Shown here in pieces: positions 1-9,030 of a stretch of 32,000 nucleotides of DNA (position 1 is its first letter; each line of letters starts with the position of its first letter). A model generated the notes under the pieces. The model saw only the letters and a program-made list of their open reading frames with translations. It searched no databases and was not told the origin of the DNA. This DNA is from an uncultured Clostridia bacterium. Lineage in GTDB: Bacteria; Bacillota; Clostridia; TANB77; RGIG9151. The position numbers and the translations under genes are program-made. The stretch spans positions 9,817 through 41,816 of the forward strand of contig CAKSUD010000003.1 of the NCBI GenBank assembly GCA_934500865.1. The letters run 5' to 3'.

Positions 1-1
1 T

Positions 2-523
2 GTTGGACAAACGGCAATTAAAACTACAGAGAAAGTTAAAGAGGCTTTTGGTGGTGTGTTATTTATTGATGAGGCATATACATTATCGCAAGGTGGAGCA
101 AATGATTTCGGCAAAGAGGCAATAGACACTTTGTTAAAATTGATGGATGATAATAGAGATAAGTTGGTTGTAATTCTTGCTGGGTATACTGAGGAGATGA
201 TGGGATTTTTGAATGTAAATCCAGGACTTAGCTCAAGATTTCCTAATGTTATTGAATTTGAGGATTATAATTTGGATGAGCTTGTTGAAATTGGAATTAA
301 GATGTTTGAGGGTAATGGATATAAAATTTCGGATGGTGCAATAGATAAATTAATCGAGGTACTTGATAATGCACGTGGAAATTATAAATTTGGAAATGGC
401 AGATATGTAAGAAATGTATTTGAGAGGGCAATTAATAACCAAGCTGTTAGGATTGCCAATAATAATATATTTACAAAGGAGATATTAGTTAATATAGAAG
501 CTGAAGACATAGAACAGGTATAA
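2..523 (+). CDS. spoVK: AAA+ ATPase of the SpoVK/CbbX family (stage V sporulation protein K-like), C-terminal part; the 5' end lies outside the window
   Basis: The frame is open from nt 2 (VGQTAIKTTEKVKEAFGGVLFIDEAYTL...), so the track start at 56 (GTG) is internal. Walker B 'VLFIDEAY', 'FGKEAIDTLLKLMDDNRDKLVVILAGY' and 'NPGLSSRFPNVIEFEDY' are the SpoVK/CbbX signature. Confidence 0.8.
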   Translation, partial: VGQTAIKTTEKVKEAFGGVLFIDEAYTLSQGGANDFGKEAIDTLLKLMDDNRDKLVVILAGYTEEMMGFLNVNPGLSSRFPNVIEFEDYNLDELVEIGIKMFEGNGYKISDGAIDKLIEVLDNARGNYKFGNGRYVRNVFERAINNQAVRIANNNIFTKEILVNIEAEDIEQV

Positions 524-536
524 TCAATAATTTCCA

Positions 537-565
537 TTGACGTGAAAATTTGAAAATAGTAAGAT
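537..565 (+). promoter_or_regulatory. sigmaA-type promoter for the SLH-protein operon
   Basis: TTGACG (537-542), 17 nt spacer, TAAGAT (560-565), about 20 nt upstream of the AAGGA Shine-Dalgarno and the ATG at 586. Confidence 0.55.
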
Positions 566-585
566 GAATTTAAGGATGTGGTCTG

Positions 586-1128
586 ATGAAAAAAATTATT
601 TGCAGTATTTTAATTTGTATAATGTTATTTTCTTGCTCTTTTGCAGGAGTTATAGATGATTCGGCTGATGTTTTGGTTAAAATGGGATTTATAAAGGGGT
701 ATCCTGATGGAACATTACAACTTGAAAATAATATAACTAGAGCTGAGTTTTGTTCTATAATAGTAAGAATGGTAGGCAAGAACCAAGCCCCTGAAAGAAA
801 TAGATTTTCTGATATAAAAGAAAATCATTGGGCATATGGAGTTATAAATAGAGCTGCTGAATTAGGTTATTTAAAAGGATATGAGGATGGTACTTTTAGA
901 CCTTCCAATAATATTACTTATGCTGAATGTTGCTCAATACTCGTAAATTTACTTGGATATAGTGATGAAGTAGATGGGGTATGGCCTACTAATTTTATGA
1001 ATAAAGCAGAGGAATTGAAGTTAAATGTTAATTTAGAAAATACTGAATCTTCTTATCTTATGACTAGGGGAGAAGTGAGTGTTATGCTCGTAAATAGTAT
1101 GAATGTTAAATTAAAAGGTGAAATATAA
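586..1128 (+). CDS. Small lipoprotein with two S-layer homology (SLH) repeats
   Basis: Signal peptide with lipobox 'MLFSC'. Two SLH-type repeats are present: 'GFIKGYPDGTLQLENNITRAEFCSIIVRM' and 'GYLKGYEDGTFRPSNNITYAECCSILVNLL'. Confidence 0.8.
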   Translation: MKKIICSILICIMLFSCSFAGVIDDSADVLVKMGFIKGYPDGTLQLENNITRAEFCSIIVRMVGKNQAPERNRFSDIKENHWAYGVINRAAELGYLKGYEDGTFRPSNNITYAECCSILVNLLGYSDEVDGVWPTNFMNKAEELKLNVNLENTESSYLMTRGEVSVMLVNSMNVKLKGEI

Positions 1129-1559
1129 TGAATAAATCCGAGTTTGATGAAATACAAGCGAATTTAATAAAAAAATCTTTGGAACAAAATGAAAGAGAAG
1201 TTATTGTGCCTCCTGAAAGAAGAAAAGGCGATGACGGAGTATTAAAGTTTATAAATTTAATGAGTTTTTGGCTATGGGGAGCTTTGTTTATTGTTCTTGC
1301 AATAATAACTAAAGCCGGACGAAGTGTTGCATATATCCAAGAGAACCAATTGCTTTGGCTTCCACTACGATTTTGGAGAGCTAACTTATTAAAAATATCT
1401 TTAGTAGTTACAATTGTTTGCATGTGCGTATGTACAATGAGTATAATTTTGAATTTCGCAAGGCATAGAAGAAAAACTGATAGAATAAAAAGAAATTTAA
1501 TTGTATGTGAAGTTATTTCGTTTATTTTGGGAATTTTTCTTATTTTGAAACTTTATTAA
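1128..1559 (+). CDS. Hypothetical membrane protein (about 3 TM segments), translationally coupled to the SLH gene
   Basis: Its ATG overlaps the upstream stop (ATAATG). Hydrophobic segments are 'FWLWGALFIVLAIIT', 'ISLVVTIVCMCVCTMSIIL' and 'VISFILGIFLILKL'. No family was recognised. Confidence 0.55.
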   Translation: MNKSEFDEIQANLIKKSLEQNEREVIVPPERRKGDDGVLKFINLMSFWLWGALFIVLAIITKAGRSVAYIQENQLLWLPLRFWRANLLKISLVVTIVCMCVCTMSIILNFARHRRKTDRIKRNLIVCEVISFILGIFLILKLY

Positions 1560-1677
1560 TTATAATTAGATAAGGACTTGAAAAATACCTATTAGATATA
1601 GTAATATAATCGTATCCGACATAAAGATTTTTATCTGAGTTGAAGGACGGTTACTTATATTTGGATTTTGTTTTGGT

Positions 1678-1710
1678 AAAGCCGTACCTTTGTTTGGGTA
1701 TGGCTTTTTT
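1678..1710 (+). terminator. Intrinsic terminator inside the 5' leader of the hyd maturase operon (candidate attenuator)
   Basis: Stem AAAGCCGTACC (1678-1688) pairs with GGTATGGCTTT (1697-1707), including one G-U pair. The loop is TTTGTTTG and the T-tract reaches 1710. It lies 25 nt upstream of the AGGAGG SD of the next gene. An upstream segment AAGGACGG (1643-1650) can pair with CCGTACCTT (1682-1690) as an alternative antiterminator helix. Confidence 0.6.
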
Positions 1711-1736
1711 GTCGCTAAAGTTAAAAATAAGGAGGA

Positions 1737-2000
1737 ATGCATGTGGAAAAAAGAGTTGCAGTCATGGGTATTATAGTAGAAAACAAAGAAACAGTAGAAA
1801 GTTTAAATGCACTTTTGCATAATTATGCAAAATATATTATCGGGAGAATGGGGATTCCGTATAGAGAAAAAAACATAAATATAATAAGTATAGCAATTGA
1901 TGCTCCACAAGATGAAATTTCTGCATTATCCGGAAAAATCGGAAAGCTTTCTGGAATTAGTGTAAAAACTGCATATTCAAATGTAATTTCAAATGAATGA
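1737..2000 (+). CDS. TM1266-family iron-only hydrogenase system regulator (small ACT-like protein)
   Basis: 'RVAVMGIIVENKETVESLNALLHNYAKYIIGRMGIPYREKNINIISIAIDAPQDEISALSGKIGKLSGISVKTAYS' matches the family found in front of hydE/G/F. The SD AGGAGG (1730-1735) is better placed for the in-frame GTG at 1743 than for the ATG at 1737. Confidence 0.85.
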   Translation: MHVEKRVAVMGIIVENKETVESLNALLHNYAKYIIGRMGIPYREKNINIISIAIDAPQDEISALSGKIGKLSGISVKTAYSNVISNE

Positions 2001-3051
2001 TAATATAAAATATTTAATAGATTTACTTTATGAAAATAATTCTTTAAAGCTTTCCGAATACGAAAATTTAGTTAAAGGATATTCTGCAGTTACGGCAGAA
2101 TATGTGGCACAAAAGGCTGATTCTGTAAGAAAATCGATTTATGGAAATAAGGTTTATATAAGAGGATTAATTGAGATAAGTAATATTTGTAAAAATAATT
2201 GCTTATATTGCGGTATTCGTAAGGGCAATAAATTGTGTTCCCGATATAGATTAAGCAAAGAAGAAATCTTGGATTGTTGTGATGTAGGGTATAACCTAGG
2301 TTTTCGTACATTTGTTATGCAAGGTGGGGAGGATCTCTACTATACGGATGAAGTTATGTGTAAGATAATAAGAGAAATTAAACTAAGATATGATGATTGC
2401 GCCATTACCCTTTCTTTAGGTGAGAGGAGCTACGAAAGTTATAAAAATATGTTTGAGGCTGGTGCAGATAGATATTTGCTTAGACATGAGACTGCTGATC
2501 CTGAACATTATGGTAGACTACATCCAAGCGAGATGTCTTTTCAAAATAGAATGAAATGTCTTAGAGAATTAAGAGAAATTGGTTATCAAGTTGGGTGTGG
2601 ATTTATGGTAGGTTCTCCTTATCAAACATCATTAACAATTGCAAAAGACTTGAAATTTATAGAAGAGTTTAAACCGGATATGTGTGGGATAGGACCATTT
2701 ATACCACATAATGCTACACCTTTTAAATATGAGAAACCAGGTGATGTTAGGTTTACTTGTTTCCTTTTATCGATAATTAGACTTATACATCCTAATATAT
2801 TGCTACCGGCTACAACTGCACTTGGAACACTTTCTAAGAATGGGAGAGAGAAGGGAATATTGGCTGGTGGAAATGTTGTTATGCCCAACCTTTCACCTAT
2901 GTCTGTAAGAGGAAAATATGAGCTTTATAATAATAAAGCTTATACAAATTTAGAATCTGCGCAATGTAAGCGTGAGTTGGTAAAAGAAATGGAGAAAATA
3001 GGATATAGAATTGTAGTAGATCGAGGCGATATAGCAAACATTTCCTGCTAA
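1993..3051 (+). CDS. hydE: [FeFe]-hydrogenase H-cluster radical SAM maturase HydE
   Basis: Radical SAM motif 'CKNNCLYCGIRKGN', about 350 aa, biotin-synthase-like fold motifs. The start overlaps the upstream stop (ATGAATGA). It sits in the order regulator-hydE-hydG-hydF. Confidence 0.9.
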   Translation: MNDNIKYLIDLLYENNSLKLSEYENLVKGYSAVTAEYVAQKADSVRKSIYGNKVYIRGLIEISNICKNNCLYCGIRKGNKLCSRYRLSKEEILDCCDVGYNLGFRTFVMQGGEDLYYTDEVMCKIIREIKLRYDDCAITLSLGERSYESYKNMFEAGADRYLLRHETADPEHYGRLHPSEMSFQNRMKCLRELREIGYQVGCGFMVGSPYQTSLTIAKDLKFIEEFKPDMCGIGPFIPHNATPFKYEKPGDVRFTCFLLSIIRLIHPNILLPATTALGTLSKNGREKGILAGGNVVMPNLSPMSVRGKYELYNNKAYTNLESAQCKRELVKEMEKIGYRIVVDRGDIANISC

Positions 3052-3078
3052 AAAGTGAAAAAAGAAAGGGGTTTTAAA

Positions 3079-4527
3079 ATGGCTAGTTATAATCCAAAAT
3101 CATTAAAGGCGGAAGAATTCATTAATGATGCTGAAATTAATGAAACTATCGAATATGCAGAAAAAAACAAAAATAATTTGGAACTTATTAATAAAATTTT
3201 AGAAAAAGCACGTCCCAAAATAAATGGAAAAAATGTTAGATGTGAGGGGCTTACACATAAAGAGGCAGCTGTTTTACTTTGCTGTGAAATACCGGAAAAA
3301 GTTGAGGAGATGTACCGTATTGCAGAAGAAATAAAATTAGCTTTTTATGGGAATCGTATTGTAATGTTTGCACCGTTATACTTATCTAATTACTGCGTAA
3401 ATGGGTGTGTATATTGTCCATATCATTTAAAAAATAAACATATAGCAAGGAAAAAATTAACCCAAGATGAAATAAGGAATGAAGTTATTGCGTTACAAGA
3501 TATGGGACACAAGAGATTAGCTATAGAGGCGGGTGAAGATCCGGTAAATAATCCTATTGAATATATATTGGAGAGCATAAAAACTATATATAGTATAAAT
3601 CATAAAAATGGTGCTATACGTAGGGTAAATGTAAACATTGCTGCTACTACAGTAGAAAATTATAGAAAGTTGAAAAATGCCGGTATAGGCACATACATTC
3701 TGTTCCAAGAGACGTATCACAAGAATAGTTATTTGGAACTTCATCCAACTGGACCAAAACATGATTATGATTATCATACAGAAGCTATGGATAGAGCTAT
3801 GGAGGGTGGAATTGATGATGTTGGGCTAGGTGTATTATTCGGATTGGAAAAATATAAATACGAATTTGTTGGATTGATTATGCATGCAGAACATTTAGAG
3901 GCAGTGCATGGTGTTGGGCCACATACGATAAGTGTTCCAAGAATAAAACATGCCGATGATATTGACCCAAATGCTTTTGACAATTCAATTCCTGATGATG
4001 TTTTTGCTAAAATTACAGCGTGTATAAGAATAGCAGTTCCGTATACAGGAATTATAATTTCAACTAGAGAATCTGAATTGGTTCGCGGAAAACTTTTGAA
4101 GCTTGGAGTTTCACAAATAAGTGGAGCATCGCGTACATCTGTGGGTGGATACACAAACGAGGAAAGAGTGCATGATACAGAACAATTTGATGTTTCAGAT
4201 CAGAGGACGTTGGATGAAGTTGTACGTTGGCTTATGGAAAACAATCATATTCCTTCGTTTTGCACGGCTTGTTACAGAGAGGGACGAACAGGCGATAGAT
4301 TTATGAGTTTATGTAAGAATGGACAAATATTAAATTGTTGTCACCCTAATGCATTGATGACATTAACAGAGTATTTAGTAGATTATGCATCTCAAGAAAC
4401 GAGAGAGATAGGATTTAAGATGATTGAAGAGGAACTAAAGAAAATACCTAATGAAAATGTTAGAAATATTACAATGACTAATATTGAAAAAATTAAGATA
4501 TCAAGTGATAGAGATTTTCATTTCTAG
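3079..4527 (+). CDS. hydG: [FeFe]-hydrogenase H-cluster radical SAM maturase HydG
   Basis: 'CVNGCVYCPYH' radical SAM cluster plus the C-terminal auxiliary cluster motif 'CTACYREGRTGDRFMSLC'. The start at ATG 3079 (MASYNPK) follows the AAAGGGG SD; the track start at 3055 has no SD. Confidence 0.9.
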   Translation: MASYNPKSLKAEEFINDAEINETIEYAEKNKNNLELINKILEKARPKINGKNVRCEGLTHKEAAVLLCCEIPEKVEEMYRIAEEIKLAFYGNRIVMFAPLYLSNYCVNGCVYCPYHLKNKHIARKKLTQDEIRNEVIALQDMGHKRLAIEAGEDPVNNPIEYILESIKTIYSINHKNGAIRRVNVNIAATTVENYRKLKNAGIGTYILFQETYHKNSYLELHPTGPKHDYDYHTEAMDRAMEGGIDDVGLGVLFGLEKYKYEFVGLIMHAEHLEAVHGVGPHTISVPRIKHADDIDPNAFDNSIPDDVFAKITACIRIAVPYTGIIISTRESELVRGKLLKLGVSQISGASRTSVGGYTNEERVHDTEQFDVSDQRTLDEVVRWLMENNHIPSFCTACYREGRTGDRFMSLCKNGQILNCCHPNALMTLTEYLVDYASQETREIGFKMIEEELKKIPNENVRNITMTNIEKIKISSDRDFHF

Positions 4528-4540
4528 GAAGGAGAAAGAT

Positions 4541-5725
4541 ATGGGGTTAAACGATTTAGTTTCAGCAGAACGTTTGCATATTGGTTTTTTTGGCTTGCGA
4601 AATGCAGGTAAGTCAAGTGTAGTTAATGCAATAACAAATCAGAATATAGCAGTTGTTTCAAATATTCCAGGAACGACTACGGATCCGGTTAAGAAAACCA
4701 TGGAAATATTACCCATAGGACCTGTTGTAATTATAGATACACCCGGAATAGATGATGAAGGGTATTTAGGTGAGATGCGTGTTAAGAAAACGAGGCAAGT
4801 ACTAGCTAGTGTGGATGTTGCAGTATTGGTTGTCGATATAAATTTAGGGCTAGGAAAGCTTGATAAAGAATTGATTTCAGAATTTATATCTAGAAATATT
4901 CCCTATATAGTGGTGTATAATAAATGTGATACTCTTAAGACTGAGATGGATACGGATGAGAATAGTATTTATATTAGTGCATTGACTGGCGAAAATATAA
5001 ATGACTTGAGAATACGGATATCTAAAATGAAAAAGAGTGAGGATAAGGGAAAGAATATAGTATTTGATTTAATGAATAAAGATGATATTGCAATTTTGGT
5101 TACACCTATTGATTCGTCTGCTCCAAAGGGAAGACTTATTCTACCACAACAAATGGTAATAAGAGAGATAGTTGAAAATGGTGGAATTGCAATTGTGTGT
5201 CAATGTTATGAATTGGAAAATGTGTTACAGTCAATGAGTAGGAAGCCACGGATTGTTATTACTGATTCACAAGCCTTTGAAGAAGTGTCTGAAATCGTAC
5301 CAAATGACATCGCTCTTACATCATTTTCAATACTGTTTGCTAGATATAAGGCGGATCTAGAAGAATTTGTAGCAGGAGCTAAGCATCTTGAATTATTAAA
5401 TGATGGGGATAAAATATTGATTTCTGAGGGATGTACACATCATAGACAGTGTGAAGATATAGGCACGGTAAAAATTCCAAAGTGGGTTAGTAATTATACA
5501 AGTAAAAAATTGATATTTGATTTCTCTTCCGGAAATGATTTCCCTGAAGATGTGTCGAAATATGCTTTAATTATACATTGTGGAGGGTGTATGTTAAATA
5601 GAAAAGAAGTTGGGCATAGAGTAAAAATGGCGCAAGAGAATTCTGTGCCTGTAACAAATTATGGTGTTATTATTGCTTATATGAAAGGAATTCTCGGTAG
5701 GAGTGTTGCAATGTTTAAAAAATAG
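4541..5725 (+). CDS. hydF: [FeFe]-hydrogenase maturation GTPase HydF
   Basis: G1 'GLRNAGKSS', G3 'DTPG', G4 'NKCD', and C-terminal cluster ligands 'CTHHRQC ... HCGGC'. The start at 4541 (MGLNDL) follows AGGAAGGAG; the track start at 4484 overlaps the hydG end. Confidence 0.9.
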   Translation: MGLNDLVSAERLHIGFFGLRNAGKSSVVNAITNQNIAVVSNIPGTTTDPVKKTMEILPIGPVVIIDTPGIDDEGYLGEMRVKKTRQVLASVDVAVLVVDINLGLGKLDKELISEFISRNIPYIVVYNKCDTLKTEMDTDENSIYISALTGENINDLRIRISKMKKSEDKGKNIVFDLMNKDDIAILVTPIDSSAPKGRLILPQQMVIREIVENGGIAIVCQCYELENVLQSMSRKPRIVITDSQAFEEVSEIVPNDIALTSFSILFARYKADLEEFVAGAKHLELLNDGDKILISEGCTHHRQCEDIGTVKIPKWVSNYTSKKLIFDFSSGNDFPEDVSKYALIIHCGGCMLNRKEVGHRVKMAQENSVPVTNYGVIIAYMKGILGRSVAMFKK

Positions 5726-5726
5726 A

Positions 5727-5755
5727 GGTATACCTTTGGTATACCCCTATTTTTA
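5727..5755. terminator. Bidirectional intrinsic terminator between hydF (+) and the coat-protein genes (-)
   Basis: The self-complementary GGTATACC (5727-5734) pairs with GGTATACC (5738-5745). It is flanked by an upstream A-run and a downstream TATTTTT. Confidence 0.65.
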
Positions 5756-5760
5756 ATGTG

Positions 5761-6003
5761 TTAATTTAAAAACTTTTGTTTTGTACTGTCTATTTTGTTT
5801 TGGGCTACTGTTTCAGTTTTGTACCAACCTTTTTCACTCATAAGGTTATAAATTTTGTTTTGAATATCAAGAGTCTCATTTAAGGCGTCTTTAAATGCGG
5901 AATGTACTTCGGCTGTAGAAGATTCAACTGCCCCATGCATATATAGGTCTGAAACTCCTTTGATTACTAATAATTGCTCTTCAATTAAATTTCTGTCTTC
6001 CAT
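5761..6003 (-). CDS. CotF-family spore coat protein
   Basis: 80 aa. 'LLVIKGVSDLYMHGAVESSTAEVHSAFKDALNETLDIQNKIYNLMSEKGWY' is the Coat F domain pattern. It is preceded by an AGGAGG-like SD (rc of 6004-6013). Confidence 0.75.
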   Translation of the reverse strand: MEDRNLIEEQLLVIKGVSDLYMHGAVESSTAEVHSAFKDALNETLDIQNKIYNLMSEKGWYKTETVAQNKIDSTKQKFLN

Positions 6004-6013
6004 AGTAAACCTC

Positions 6014-6187
6014 CTATAATAAGTTTAAAAATTTGTTATACAACTCGTTATGCTTTGTTTGTAGTTGTTCCATGTAATTTGAAAGTGCTGGGTCTTGAAG
6101 TTGGGCTGAAGCTTTTTGACTGCTTGTTTCCATAAATTTTTCATGACCTAATGCGTCTTCAACATATAAAAGTTCTTTATCTGTCAT
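6014..6187 (-). CDS. Small protein co-operonic with the CotF-like gene (likely a spore coat-associated partner, comparable to the small B. subtilis yra coat-gene pairs)
   Basis: The ATG at 6187 (MTDKELLYVEDALGHEKF...) is 6 nt after AGAGGTG. The track start (GTG 6196) lies inside the SD. It is 10 nt from the downstream CotF-like gene. Confidence 0.5.
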   Translation of the reverse strand: MTDKELLYVEDALGHEKFMETSSQKASAQLQDPALSNYMEQLQTKHNELYNKFLNLL

Positions 6188-6235
6188 TATTATCACCTCT
6201 TGGGAATATTATTTCCAAAAAAACTAAATATATAC

Positions 6236-6268
6236 AAAAAGGAGCTATAAAAAATTTTATAGCTCCTT
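6236..6268 (-). terminator. Intrinsic terminator ending the GT2-mgtC-murA-MBL operon
   Basis: Perfect palindrome AAGGAGCTATAAAA/TTTTATAGCTCCTT (6239-6268). On the minus strand it is followed by a TTTTTG T-tract. Confidence 0.8.
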
Positions 6269-6272
6269 AAAA

Positions 6273-7028
6273 TTATGGTTTTGCAACTTCTATTGAAATT
6301 CCGGATAAATCTACGTTATTTGTCAGTAGTCTACTTCTGACTGTTTCTAACGCTAATTCCGGCAAGTTATTTTCTTCACTCAAATGTGCAAGAATAAATT
6401 TTTTTGTTCCTTTTTTTATCAAATACTCTACTGCTTCTGCGGATAAAGCATTTGATAAATGTCCGAAGGTACCTATTACTCTTTCTTTTAGAAAATAAGG
6501 ATAATTCCCGGAACGAAGCATTGCTACGTCGTGGTTTGCTTCAAGTAATATAGAGTCACTTGCTTCAAAGTTATATAAAAGTTCAGGGGTTAAATGTCCC
6601 ATATCAGTGGCAACAGTAACCTTATTCTTTCCACTAGTCATACTAAATCCGCATGGATCTATTGCATCGTGTGGAATGGAAAAAGGGTGAATACATATAT
6701 CGTCTATATTAAATGTTTCCCCGACAGTAAATTCATGTTTTAGGGCGTCTGGTATTTCTAATGAAACTAGAGTTCCCCATGTTTTTTCACTTGCAAATAC
6801 AGGAATGTTATATCTTTTTGAAAACACACGAATTCCTTTTATATGATCTGAATGCTCGTGTGTGATTAAAATAGCCTGAATTTCTTCAGGCTTTATATTA
6901 TTTTTTTCTAAATTTTCTACAAGTCGTTTTGAACTAACACCTATATCAACCAAAATTTTGGTTGTATCTGAAAATACATAAGTGCAATTCCCTTTACTGC
7001 TACTAAAAAGGGAGTGTATATCAAGCAT
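6273..7028 (-). CDS. MBL-fold metallo-hydrolase (YycJ/WalJ-like)
   Basis: 'ILITHEHSDHIKG' HxHxDH zinc motif, later His/Asp ligands ('HPFSIPHDA', 'AHLS'), 251 aa. It starts 2 nt after the murA stop. Confidence 0.8.
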   Translation of the reverse strand: MLDIHSLFSSSKGNCTYVFSDTTKILVDIGVSSKRLVENLEKNNIKPEEIQAILITHEHSDHIKGIRVFSKRYNIPVFASEKTWGTLVSLEIPDALKHEFTVGETFNIDDICIHPFSIPHDAIDPCGFSMTSGKNKVTVATDMGHLTPELLYNFEASDSILLEANHDVAMLRSGNYPYFLKERVIGTFGHLSNALSAEAVEYLIKKGTKKFILAHLSEENNLPELALETVRSRLLTNNVDLSGISIEVAKP

Positions 7029-7030
7029 AA

Positions 7031-8290
7031 TTAATCATCAACTCTTTCGATTTTGGCACCTAGTGCTTTAAATTTTTCTTCAATATTTTCGTAACCTCTA
7101 TCGATATATTCAATTTTAGAAATATCAGTAGTTCCTTTTGCAGCTAGTCCTGCGATGACCATGGCTGCTCCGGCTCTAAGGTCGGTACATTTTACAGGAG
7201 CACCATTTAAACTTTTAACCCCTTCTATAATGGCTGAACGACCTTCTGTTCTAATTGTAGCTCCGAATTTTCTTAGTTCGTCAACATATTGGAATCTGTT
7301 ATCCCAAATAGATTCTGTTAAAATGCTCATACCTTGTGCTATTGAAAGTAAAACTGCCATTTGAGGATGCATATCTGTTGGGAATCCAGGATAAGGCATC
7401 GTTTTTAAGTTAACATGCTTTGGTCTTTTATCACATTTAACATGAACTGCATCTCCTAATTCTTCTACGGTGATACCCATTTCCACAAGTTTTGCAGATA
7501 TAGAATCCAAGTGCTTTGGAATACAGTTTTTTATAGTAACATCTCCACCGGTAGCTGCCGCAGCAATCATAAATGTACCTGCTTCTATTTGGTCCGGTAT
7601 TATTGAGTATGTTGCATTACCAGGTAGGGAAGGCACACCTACAATTCTTATTGTGTCAGTACCTGCACCTTTAATATTAGCTCCCATAGTATTTAAAAAG
7701 TTAGCTAAATCAACTATATGTGGTTCTTTAGCAGCATTTTCAATGATAGTAGTACCTTCAGCCAATACTCCCGCTAAAATCATATTAATAGTAGCTCCAA
7801 CACTAACTATATCAAGATAAATAGATGTACCTACCAGTTTTTTAGCAGTCGCACGGATTATTCCTTGATTTGTGTTTATTTGAGCGCCTAGTGCTTCAAA
7901 CCCTTTTATATGTTGGTCGATTGGTCTTGCACCGAAGTTACATCCACCCGGAAGAGGAACTTCAGCTGACTTATATTTTCCAAGTAAGGCTCCGATTAGA
8001 TAATATGATGCACGCATTTTACTACAAAGGTCTAAGTCACATTTTGTTGAGGAAACCTTATTATTTTTTATTAAAATTTCTCCAGGATGCTCCTCAATAA
8101 CTGTCACACCAAGTTTCCTTAAAACATCGATATATTTTTTTACATCACTGATGTTAGGTAGGTTTTCAATTCTACACCATCCATCAACTAATAATGCTGC
8201 CGGAATAATGCAGATAGCAGCATTTTTTGCACCGCAAATAGTAACTTCTCCTTTAAGTGGTTTCCCACCAGAAATTCTTAGTTTTTCCAC
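7031..8290 (-). CDS. murA: UDP-N-acetylglucosamine 1-carboxyvinyltransferase MurA
   Basis: '[22 protein letters not shown]', active-site loop '[14 protein letters not shown]' with Cys, and '[12 protein letters not shown]'. The likely start is the GTG at 8290 (VEKLRISGG), 8 nt after GAGTGAGG. The track start at 8332 would overlap the upstream gene by 32 nt. Confidence 0.9.
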   Translation of the reverse strand: MEKLRISGGKPLKGEVTICGAKNAAICIIPAALLVDGWCRIENLPNISDVKKYIDVLRKLGVTVIEEHPGEILIKNNKVSSTKCDLDLCSKMRASYYLIGALLGKYKSAEVPLPGGCNFGARPIDQHIKGFEALGAQINTNQGIIRATAKKLVGTSIYLDIVSVGATINMILAGVLAEGTTIIENAAKEPHIVDLANFLNTMGANIKGAGTDTIRIVGVPSLPGNATYSIIPDQIEAGTFMIAAAATGGDVTIKNCIPKHLDSISAKLVEMGITVEELGDAVHVKCDKRPKHVNLKTMPYPGFPTDMHPQMAVLLSIAQGMSILTESIWDNRFQYVDELRKFGATIRTEGRSAIIEGVKSLNGAPVKCTDLRAGAAMVIAGLAAKGTTDISKIEYIDRGYENIEEKFKALGAKIERVDD

Positions 8291-8300
8291 AGTATTAACC

Positions 8301-9020
8301 TCACTCTTCACTTTTAATAGATTCTTTTTCACTCATATTAACTGAAATAATATCAGGTAAAGTACAAATTTGACTAACTATTGCGGCAGTATTAGCTGCT
8401 GCGTTTACAGATATCTTAAATGATACAGAAGATATATTATCATCAATTGGTTTTAATGATATGTTGTTTATTTCAACAGAATTAGAAAAAAGTTTTTTCT
8501 CAATTTCTACTGCCACATCAGGATTACTTGTTGTAACAGAAAGTGAGAATTTTTTAGTTTCATAAGATTTTGTACCGTTTTTTACATATGATAATGCTAT
8601 AAAGATAGCTAATGTACAAACTGTTGCACCTAGATAAAAACCTACACCAGTAGCAAGTCCTATACAAGCAACTGCCCAAACACTGGCAGCAGTAGTTAAA
8701 CCTTTTACTGATGAACCGTTTCTAATAATAGTTCCGGCACCCAAAAAACCAATACCACTAATTACTTGAGCCCCAAGACGATTTATATCCATATTAGGAG
8801 AAAACTGATGATATTCACTATATGTGAATTCAGAAGTAAGCATAACCAAACATGCACCCACACAAACTAATATATGTGTCCTAAGCCCGGCAGGTCTATG
8901 AGCGTGTTCACGCTCCATTCCGATTAAAGCACCGAAACAAATCGCTAACAGGATTCTTAAAACCACCTGTGTTGTTTGAGAATTTAATATATCATATAGG
9001 AATAATGCAGCATCATTCAT
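8301..9020 (-). CDS. MgtC/SapB-family membrane protein with C-terminal ACT-like domain
   Basis: '[27 protein letters not shown]' and '[12 protein letters not shown]' are MgtC-family hallmarks. There are 4-5 TM segments followed by a soluble tail. Confidence 0.85.
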   Translation of the reverse strand: MNDAALFLYDILNSQTTQVVLRILLAICFGALIGMEREHAHRPAGLRTHILVCVGACLVMLTSEFTYSEYHQFSPNMDINRLGAQVISGIGFLGAGTIIRNGSSVKGLTTAASVWAVACIGLATGVGFYLGATVCTLAIFIALSYVKNGTKSYETKKFSLSVTTSNPDVAVEIEKKLFSNSVEINNISLKPIDDNISSVSFKISVNAAANTAAIVSQICTLPDIISVNMSEKESIKSEE

Positions 9021-9030
9021 ATTTTATCTC

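Noticed and set aside
1578-1610. TTGACA-like TTGAAA (1578-1583) and a perfect TATAAT (1605-1610) as the promoter of the hyd leader.
   Set aside because: The spacer is 21 nt, too long for a sigmaA promoter, and no acceptable -35 lies at 17 nt. A promoter probably exists here, but I cannot place it confidently.
1640-1822. 60-aa ORF spanning the hyd leader and the start of the regulator gene.
   Set aside because: It reads straight through the terminator hairpin and the SD, overlaps the TM1266-type gene out of frame, and has no SD of its own. The region is better explained as a structured leader.
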